Source: Candidatus Sigynarchaeum calidifontis
GTDB taxonomy: Archaea; Asgardarchaeota; Lokiarchaeia; Sigyniarchaeales; Sigyniarchaeaceae
Length of the DNA stretch: 43,442 nt
Direction of reading: 5' to 3'
Assembly: GCA_030587475.2 (NCBI GenBank)
Contig: JAUQYZ020000087.1
Location: forward strand, 1-43,442
In this document: positions 36,777-43,442 of the stretch, in pieces
Layout: every line of letters begins with the position of its first letter
Numbering within the stretch: position 1 is the stretch's first letter
The notes under the pieces: model-generated
The model's input: the letters and a program-made list of their open reading frames with translations, nothing else
The model's database searches: none
Told to the model about the DNA's origin: nothing
Position numbers and translations under genes: made by a program

Positions 36777-38996
36777 ATGTTTATTTCGCATGATTCCGAG
36801 ACAATGGTCATGGAATCATCGCAATTATCATCGGCATTCAAATGGAACAGGATTGCTCTCGTTCTTTTGCTCGCCGGCGCCGCCGCCATTTACGCGGAGA
36901 TCGCGATCAAGCTGGCATTCATCTATACACACACCATCCTCGACGTGGTGCCCGCGGACTTCTGGCTCGATCCAAGGGATGCGATATACTGGATCCTCGT
37001 CCCGGCGATCGGCATCCCGGCCATCGCGCTGCTTTATTTCACTACAAAGCTGTATTTCAAGTACCAGGTGAAGGTGGCTGGCATCACCGCGGCCGTGAGC
37101 TTCGGCCCCGCGTCGCTCGCCATCAACGCGAGCCTCCTCTTCGGCGGGGGCTGGTACGCGGGCACGATCATGGCGGATGCCGGGCTGATCATCTTGCTCG
37201 CATCGTTCGTGATGCTGGAGAAGGCTGGCAAGCCCGAAAAAACCGTGGTGCTGGAGGGGAAAAGAAAATCCCAGGTTCGCAACTTGCAAGCGATTGTACT
37301 CGCCCTGGGTTGCGCTGGCATCGTCATCTCGGCCGTGGTGCCGGTGATCGCCGGGATAAACGCTATCCCGGAGCCACTCGTCCCGGCTGCGACGTCTTTG
37401 CCGAGCGTGGCACCGAACCACGAGAACACGTTCTACATCATGCCCATCTGGGAAACAGCCGTCACGAACTATACGCTCGGCAACAGGAGCTTGGAGTACA
37501 TGAAGCGGGCGGTGGGCGGGAACACGTACACGGGCACGGGATTCGTCAAGATCGGGCGATCATTGAGCTGCTGGTACACGAACGATATATATGATAACGG
37601 CTCTTATAATCCAACGAACCTCATCCACGCGCTGAATCTTGCCAATCAAACAAACACGCCTATCTTGTTCCACATGAACGGGGGCAATTGGGGACAAGGA
37701 AGTTCCACGAATCCCGTCATTTTGGACATGCGCAGCAACGTTTCGAATTGTCAATGGGATCAAAACAACTGGTGCCCCCCGATCAAGTACAATAATGGTC
37801 CGAACGACCGGTTCTGGAGCTTCTGGCCGGGATCTGAGTGGGAACAATTCCGGGAGCGCAACATCAAGCAAGCACTGGCGATCATCCATGCCTGGTGGCT
37901 GAACAATCCCGGCTTGCTCGTGGGCTTCAGCACGGACTCGGAGATTCACTTGAACTATGGAAAATTCACGGATGCGCATCCCATCTACCGGTCATATTTC
38001 GACTACAATCCTGGCACGATCGCCCAGTATCGCCAGTGGGCGATGGCCAACTGGACACTGCAAGCATTTAACAAGAAATGCGGGACAAACTTCGCGACGT
38101 GGAACGACGTCGATGCACCACGAACCAGCGCCGACGGGGTCGGGGTGAAGGGGAACCCGTGGTGGGAAACATGGACAGACTTCCGCATCTGGCACGTGGC
38201 TGAGGCGGGCAAGCGCCAGTGCAAGTGGATCAACGAGAGTGGCTTCCCACGCGAGATGATATGGCATCACCAGATCTTTTCGAAGCCAGGCGACGAGGAA
38301 TCGCGATACGTCCGCTGCGACCCGCTCCAGACGGCGATCAACTCGTATTGCAAGGTGGGCGTGACCCGGTACGACTGGATCTCGCCGAAGGACTGGCACT
38401 CGCTCGGCCAGCTCGCCTTGAATGACGGGTCGGGGGACACGGTTCCTAGCTGGGGGATCTTCGAGTGGAACCTGTGGACGCAGCATGAATATTGGGCATA
38501 CAAGGAAATGCTCAATTGCATCTATCAATACGGCGGCCACGTGATATGCCCGAACGAGTGGACGAATTGCAGCGGCAATCCTGGTCTCTGGATCCCCGGC
38601 GATCCTTGCGTCGTCAACGACACGTACACGATAGGCAGCACGACCTACGGCGACCCGGACACGGGCTGTGGCGGGACGCCGGAGCAGTGCTGCTGCACGC
38701 AGCGATATGACAACGGGACGTGCAAGAGGTGCATCGATCCCCACGGCAACCCCCAGTTCCTCGCGGCACTGCGCGATTTCGTCGCCGAGGCGCAGCTGTA
38801 CGAGCGCGGCACGTGCCCGACCCGGCGGGTCAATAAACTCGATGTCTGGTTCTACGACAATTACCTGGTGGCGTTCGATTACTTCTCCAGAACAAATGGC
38901 TTGGTCTTCATGGCATGCTGCTGGTTCTCGTGCATGATCCTGTTTTTCGTGACGATCGGGGTCACGAACCACATCCGCTGGAGCCGGCGCCCGTGA
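36777..38996 (+). CDS. Membrane-tethered GH42 (beta-galactosidase)-like glycoside hydrolase with a Cys-rich insertion
   Basis: About 5 N-terminal TMs. The catalytic-like region has STDSEIH, FDYNP..IAQYRQW....WTLQAFNKKCGTNFATWNDVDAPR, WETWTDFR and WGIFEWN. A C-terminal TM follows. Confidence 0.65.
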   Translation: MFISHDSETMVMESSQLSSAFKWNRIALVLLLAGAAAIYAEIAIKLAFIYTHTILDVVPADFWLDPRDAIYWILVPAIGIPAIALLYFTTKLYFKYQVKVAGITAAVSFGPASLAINASLLFGGGWYAGTIMADAGLIILLASFVMLEKAGKPEKTVVLEGKRKSQVRNLQAIVLALGCAGIVISAVVPVIAGINAIPEPLVPAATSLPSVAPNHENTFYIMPIWETAVTNYTLGNRSLEYMKRAVGGNTYTGTGFVKIGRSLSCWYTNDIYDNGSYNPTNLIHALNLANQTNTPILFHMNGGNWGQGSSTNPVILDMRSNVSNCQWDQNNWCPPIKYNNGPNDRFWSFWPGSEWEQFRERNIKQALAIIHAWWLNNPGLLVGFSTDSEIHLNYGKFTDAHPIYRSYFDYNPGTIAQYRQWAMANWTLQAFNKKCGTNFATWNDVDAPRTSADGVGVKGNPWWETWTDFRIWHVAEAGKRQCKWINESGFPREMIWHHQIFSKPGDEESRYVRCDPLQTAINSYCKVGVTRYDWISPKDWHSLGQLALNDGSGDTVPSWGIFEWNLWTQHEYWAYKEMLNCIYQYGGHVICPNEWTNCSGNPGLWIPGDPCVVNDTYTIGSTTYGDPDTGCGGTPEQCCCTQRYDNGTCKRCIDPHGNPQFLAALRDFVAEAQLYERGTCPTRRVNKLDVWFYDNYLVAFDYFSRTNGLVFMACCWFSCMILFFVTIGVTNHIRWSRRP

Positions 38997-39167
38997 TTTT
39001 TTGCTCTTTAGACCATTTTCGGTCAAGATAATTTTAATCGATAGTAACGTGGAGAAGAGCATTTTATTGGAAAAAAGCCGTACCCGATGGATTCTTATAT
39101 CTTTCGACCCATTATTGCATTTAGATGGGATATCCATTTTTTTATTCAATAAAAGGCGGTAAAAATC

Positions 39168-41051
39168 ATGCAAAGCGCGAAAAAAGAAGGCTCGGTTTCA
39201 GCATCTTTCATTTTTCTGGTGCTAATCGCTTGTCCGTTCCTGTATTCATCGTATTACCATGCCAGCACGAATACACGCACGTGGAGTCTGGAATCCGACC
39301 TCGATGCGATAATTTCACCTTCAGCACAAGTGATCTTCCAGGAGACCTTCAACACGTACAGCGTGGGATCGTATCCCGGTGGCTGGTTCACGCACGATAA
39401 CAGGTCATCTGGCACGGTTTTCGACGTGAGCAGCACCGTCATCGACAGCGGGAACAGTTTGCGGATCATCGATAACCAAGCGACCGATAACGGGTGGGGC
39501 CGTATACCATTCTCGAGGGCCATCCAAGCCGGCGTACTGGAATTCAAGGTACGTGTGCAAGAGGCCAGCACCGGTTCCACCACGATGCAACACTATATCG
39601 ACTTGCAAGACAGCACGAATACCACCTGCGTGTCCGTGAACATGGAGCAAAACCTCACCGGCAACTACTGGACGATAGGGATCGGCACGACGATGAACAC
39701 GACCCACCTTGCCGAGGATACGACCTATTCAATCAAGGTAATGTTTAATAAGTGGACATTTATTCTCGATTGGCTTCTCATCGACTTGTACGTGAATAAT
39801 GTCTTGTTCCTAAACGACCAGCTCGCGTTTTTCCGGATGATCGATCGCGTGTATGTTGGATCGACGAATCCGACAAACCAGTCGACGTGGTTCTTTGACA
39901 CGATCACCGTGACAGACTCGGTCGCGGGGAACACGATTCCGACCATCTCATCCCCCCCGGACATGACAGTCCCGCCCGGCACGGGACGTACGATCCAGTG
40001 GACGATTACCGATTCAAGCACGATAAATCCTACCTACACGTTGTATAATAACGGCACATGGGCCGGATTAGGCACCTGGAGTTCAGGAGTAACCGTAACA
40101 ATATCCTTACCAAGTCTTGCACCCCGGCAAACCTACAACTTCACGATCGTCGCTACGGACGGGTTAAATGCAACAGTACAAGACACCGTGATTGTAAGGA
40201 CGACGGAGAATACACCACCCTCGCTCTCAGGAAACACGACGGTTACATTCGAGCACGGGTCGGATGGTGAGAACATCATTTGGACTGTAACCGATTCTAG
40301 CGTGGACACGACTGCATCAACTTATCAGATACGACGGAATGGATCGTTAGTAACTACTGGAATCGGATGGGCAAGTGGAGATTTCATCCGATTCAACACG
40401 ACAACGATGAATGTGGGAAATTACAACATCACGCTCACAGTGGCCGACGGGATGGGCAATAGCACGTCGTTCACCACGATCCTTCATATCGTGGAGGATT
40501 TACCACCCCGGATATCCCATCCATCAGACATTACTTACAATATCGACAAGACGGGGAATAAGATCACCTGGATCATTTCGGATTTCAACATGACGTCGGG
40601 CTGGTATGCCATTTACAAGGACAACGTGTTGCTGAGTAATACCACCTGGACTGGGGGGATAACGACCGTGAGCATCAACATCGACGGCCTGGCACAAGGA
40701 GGACACGTGTATGAAATCGTTGCATCGGATGGCCGCCATAGCTCAAGTGACTCAGTCAACATCAACGTTACTAACACTTTGTTGGACACGATGATCGTCG
40801 TTCTCGTGGTCGCGGGTGCCGTGATCGTCGTTGCCGCCATCATCGCGGTGAAGCGCAAGAAAAAAGCAGGGGGCACCAAGGTGAAGCGCAAGGTTCCCAA
40901 GCAAGACACGACCACGCCCGGCACGCCCAAGGGCAAGGTGATCACGTGCCCATCGTGCGGCACGCCCTTCACGCTCACGTCCGATTACGTGAAGCAATAC
41001 GCGGGCCAGAGCTTCAAGTGCACGAAATGCCAGGCTAACATCCCGATATGA
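39168..41051 (+). CDS. Cell-surface glycoprotein: signal/TM, lectin-like beta-sandwich, three Ig-like repeats, TM anchor, cytoplasmic zinc ribbon
   Basis: Three ~95-aa repeats (P.IS.P.D.T....G..I.W.I.D....Y.IY.NG...W.SG...YN.TI.A.DG). TM IVVLVVAGAVIVVAAIIAV followed by KRKKK. C-terminal CPSC...CTKC. Many NxS/T sequons. Confidence 0.8.
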   Translation: MQSAKKEGSVSASFIFLVLIACPFLYSSYYHASTNTRTWSLESDLDAIISPSAQVIFQETFNTYSVGSYPGGWFTHDNRSSGTVFDVSSTVIDSGNSLRIIDNQATDNGWGRIPFSRAIQAGVLEFKVRVQEASTGSTTMQHYIDLQDSTNTTCVSVNMEQNLTGNYWTIGIGTTMNTTHLAEDTTYSIKVMFNKWTFILDWLLIDLYVNNVLFLNDQLAFFRMIDRVYVGSTNPTNQSTWFFDTITVTDSVAGNTIPTISSPPDMTVPPGTGRTIQWTITDSSTINPTYTLYNNGTWAGLGTWSSGVTVTISLPSLAPRQTYNFTIVATDGLNATVQDTVIVRTTENTPPSLSGNTTVTFEHGSDGENIIWTVTDSSVDTTASTYQIRRNGSLVTTGIGWASGDFIRFNTTTMNVGNYNITLTVADGMGNSTSFTTILHIVEDLPPRISHPSDITYNIDKTGNKITWIISDFNMTSGWYAIYKDNVLLSNTTWTGGITTVSINIDGLAQGGHVYEIVASDGRHSSSDSVNINVTNTLLDTMIVVLVVAGAVIVVAAIIAVKRKKKAGGTKVKRKVPKQDTTTPGTPKGKVITCPSCGTPFTLTSDYVKQYAGQSFKCTKCQANIPI

Positions 41052-41149
41052 CCAGCGTTTCTGTGCTACTCGACCTCGTTTCTCCTTTTTCTCGACTTGA
41101 TAGACATACCAGAAAAGTTAAGGATGATGGCGGGGGCACGGAGCACGGG

Positions 41150-42367
41150 CTACAAGGGATACCGGCCCTCTCGCTGGATCGCGTCGCGCGCCGCGATGCA
41201 GTTATCCAGCGGTGTTTCCGTGAGGAAATCGTGTGTCGGACCAGCAATGTAGCCCCCGCCACGTCCCATGGCCAGGACTTGTGCACGGACGTGCTTTTGG
41301 ATGCTTTCCGGGGTGCCAAACGAGATCTCCCGGCTGTCAAGGCCGCCGACGAACAGGAAACGGTCGCCGTATTTTTTCTTGAGCGTCGCGTGGTCGATGA
41401 GCGACGCGGGCTCCAGCGACTGCCAACCATCGAGGCCCGCCTCGATGTAATCAGGTAACAATTCTGTAATGTTGCCGCAGCTGTGGTTGAACGCGATGGC
41501 ACCCATGTCGTGGATCTTCTTGAAGATCTCGCTGTAAGGGCGCTTGAAAAACTTCCGGAACACGTCGGGCGACATGAGCGGCCGCCCTTTCTGCCCCATG
41601 TCGTCGCCCCCGAACACCGCCGCGGGCTTGTACCGGGCGATCTCGTCGAGGATATGCAGCTGGGCCTCCTTCCGGTCGTCGACGAGACGCTGGATGTACG
41701 CCGGATCGTTGCGACAGTAATAGGCGAATCGTGCCTGCCCCATTATCACCCACATCGACTCGTAGAGCTGCACGCCCCCGATTTGGGGGACGAGATACAT
41801 GCGGTCGCCGAACTGCTTGTTGAAGGCCACGTATGCATCGACCTTCGCCTTCGACACGGGCAAACTCGCGAGCCAGCCGTGCTCGTCATAAAACTTGATC
41901 GCTTCCTCCTTTTTCTTCAAGGCCCCGTCCAAGTACCACGTGTACCGGTCGCCGCCCGCGAGGATCTTCACGCCGTGAACCGTTTCCCCGTTCGTGTAAC
42001 GCCCCTCGCTGCCGGGCGGCAGCTTGGAAAAGGCATCTGGGTCAGGATCGATCGTACCATCGTCCTTCACGAGATAAATTGGCCGTCCTCTCCCTTGGAC
42101 CCCGATGCTGGTCATCTCCACGTCGGCACCGAAGAAATACTTGAGCGTGTAATCGCCCATGGGGGTGATCATGATATTGCTATCATCATCGAAGAATGCT
42201 TCGAATTCGCCCCTCTTTTCCCTCTCGACAAATTCCTTGTAGCATCGCGAGTAGGGCGGGATGCCCATGACGTAGTACGGGACCCGGTCTGGTTCCTCGT
42301 GGTGTATCGTGGTGAGGAACCGCTCCGTGGCGGTCATCGTGTCCGTGCCGAGCCTCGTCTGCATCAT
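41150..42367 (-). CDS. Uroporphyrinogen decarboxylase family protein (MtaA/CmuA-like corrinoid methyltransferase type)
   Basis: MTATERFLTTIHHEEPDRVP, GDDMGQKGRPLMSP..F..FF..Y, Zn-binding HSCGNI, FVGGLDS, GTPE and GGGYIAGPTH. Confidence 0.88.
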   Translation of the reverse strand: MMQTRLGTDTMTATERFLTTIHHEEPDRVPYYVMGIPPYSRCYKEFVEREKRGEFEAFFDDDSNIMITPMGDYTLKYFFGADVEMTSIGVQGRGRPIYLVKDDGTIDPDPDAFSKLPPGSEGRYTNGETVHGVKILAGGDRYTWYLDGALKKKEEAIKFYDEHGWLASLPVSKAKVDAYVAFNKQFGDRMYLVPQIGGVQLYESMWVIMGQARFAYYCRNDPAYIQRLVDDRKEAQLHILDEIARYKPAAVFGGDDMGQKGRPLMSPDVFRKFFKRPYSEIFKKIHDMGAIAFNHSCGNITELLPDYIEAGLDGWQSLEPASLIDHATLKKKYGDRFLFVGGLDSREISFGTPESIQKHVRAQVLAMGRGGGYIAGPTHDFLTETPLDNCIAARDAIQREGRYPL

Positions 42368-42654
42368 TCCTCCGAATGCTTGGGCCGGGGCTGGGGCTTT
42401 TCTGGCCGCGGTGGCGGGGGTGCTACCATTGTCGACTGCAGGAATTCGCCATCCGGGCCGTATTCGACGATCTCGCGCACGTTGCCATCGATGTCCTTCA
42501 TTGCAACGACTTTCACGACTGGAACGTCTTTCCCGTCCTTGTCCTTGCGGAAGCGTATGGTTTCCGGCACGCTCTTCACGTCCTCGACCTTCACCAGCGT
42601 CTCCACGCCGTCTCTCGACTCGTAATAGGCGATCTTGCCCGGGTGTTTCGTCAT
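42364..42654 (-). CDS. Small beta-rich hypothetical protein with a Pro-rich tail (96 aa)
   Basis: ATG 42654 (MTKHPGKIAYY...) lies 27 nt after the GH4 stop. Its TGA overlaps the next ATG (ATGA). Codon style matches the neighbouring genes. Confidence 0.7.
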   Translation of the reverse strand: MTKHPGKIAYYESRDGVETLVKVEDVKSVPETIRFRKDKDGKDVPVVKVVAMKDIDGNVREIVEYGPDGEFLQSTMVAPPPPRPEKPQPRPKHSEE

Positions 42655-42680
42655 TGCCGTGCTTGCCTCAAACAATTGAA

Positions 42681-43442
42681 TTAGAAGCCGGGTAACCACC
42701 TGGCCTCGGCCTGGAACAGCTCGTCGACCATCGACCGTATTTCCTCCGGGGAGCACACGCTGGCTGTGTTCGGGTCGAGCAAGATCGCTTGGTAGATCTT
42801 CTCCTTGTCTTTCGCGATGAACCCCTCGACCGTCGCCTTTTGCACCATGATGTTCGAGATGCAAAGCGCTTGGCACGCCGTCGGGAGCTCGATGCCGCCT
42901 TGCGGGTGGAGTCCGTGGTAATCGGCGAACACGGGCACCTCGACGCAGCAATCAGCTGGAAGGTTCGTGATCAAGGAGCCTCTCGTGTTCATCACGTTGC
43001 CGTTGAAGCGGAACGGCTGGTTCGTCTCGATCGCGTTGATGATGCGCGAACCATACTCGCTGGAGGTATGTTGATCGAAGGGCATCTTGTCCATCGCGAG
43101 TTCTCTCTCGAACGTGTCGTCGAGCTTGTTGGCACTGGCCACGTTGCTCGTGTAATACGACGCGTGCTCGAGGCTGTCGAAGCCATGCGGCGCGCCCTTG
43201 TACTTCTCGAGCAAGTCCTTGCGCTTGCGGTAGTAGGGAAGGTACTCGGAGAGGTGCCCGCTCGACTCGGTCATGTAATAACCCGTCGCTTTCATCATGT
43301 CCCAGCGCACCTTCTCGCCGCCAATCATGGCCGGCTCCTCCTTGACGTGCGCCCAGATGATCGGGTACGCGTCTTGCCACTTCGCGTCCTTGACCGTGGA
43401 GTCCTTGAACCAGATCTCGAGGAACCAGGCCATGTGGTTGAT
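42681..43442 (-). CDS. melA: GH4 NAD+-dependent alpha-galactosidase/alpha-glucosidase, C-terminal part (5'-truncated by the window)
   Basis: (I)NHMAWF, YYMTESSGHLSEYLPYYRK, SSEYGSRII.AIET, GNVMN...LITNLP.DCCVEVP and YQAILLDPNTA. Confidence 0.85.
   Translation of the reverse strand: MNHMAWFLEIWFKDSTVKDAKWQDAYPIIWAHVKEEPAMIGGEKVRWDMMKATGYYMTESSGHLSEYLPYYRKRKDLLEKYKGAPHGFDSLEHASYYTSNVASANKLDDTFERELAMDKMPFDQHTSSEYGSRIINAIETNQPFRFNGNVMNTRGSLITNLPADCCVEVPVFADYHGLHPQGGIELPTACQALCISNIMVQKATVEGFIAKDKEKIYQAILLDPNTASVCSPEEIRSMVDELFQAEARWLPGF

Noticed and set aside
1-43442. CRISPR arrays, tRNA/rRNA, IS elements, integrases or prophage genes
   Set aside because: By eye I found no regularly spaced repeats, cloverleaf or rRNA-like segments, terminal inverted repeats, or transposase/integrase motifs. 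A short ncRNA could have been missed without covariance searches.

Overview
A gene-dense 43.4-kb chromosomal segment, most likely from an Asgard archaeon (Lokiarchaeia-like). This is inferred from a longin/uDENN-Rab-like GTPase fusion, a stand-alone GMP synthase B subunit, TATA-like boxes, oligo-T terminators and Ig-repeat surface proteins. About 29 probable CDSs are present. Most are carbohydrate or peptide catabolism and transport genes: GH29 fucosidase, GH4, GH42-like and GHL6/GHL10-like hydrolases, an MDR dehydrogenase, ThuA-like, HGSNAT-like, PepD, MFS and EamA. Two things stand out. (1) A stand-alone ~1,120-aa protein fusing an intact defence-type SIR2 NADase domain, a TPR-like segment, an unassigned ~360-aa domain and a canonical ADP-ribose-pyrophosphatase-like Nudix domain. 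It is a candidate single-gene NAD+/ADPR-destroying conflict system. (2) Two ~710-aa cytoplasmic paralogues whose core resembles the mu-homology domain (MHD) of eukaryotic adaptor/COPI coats, followed by extra beta-sandwich repeats. They lie on either side of the longin-Rab-like GTPase gene. I found no rRNA, tRNA, CRISPR array or transposase. All family calls come from reading motifs by eye, not from database searches.
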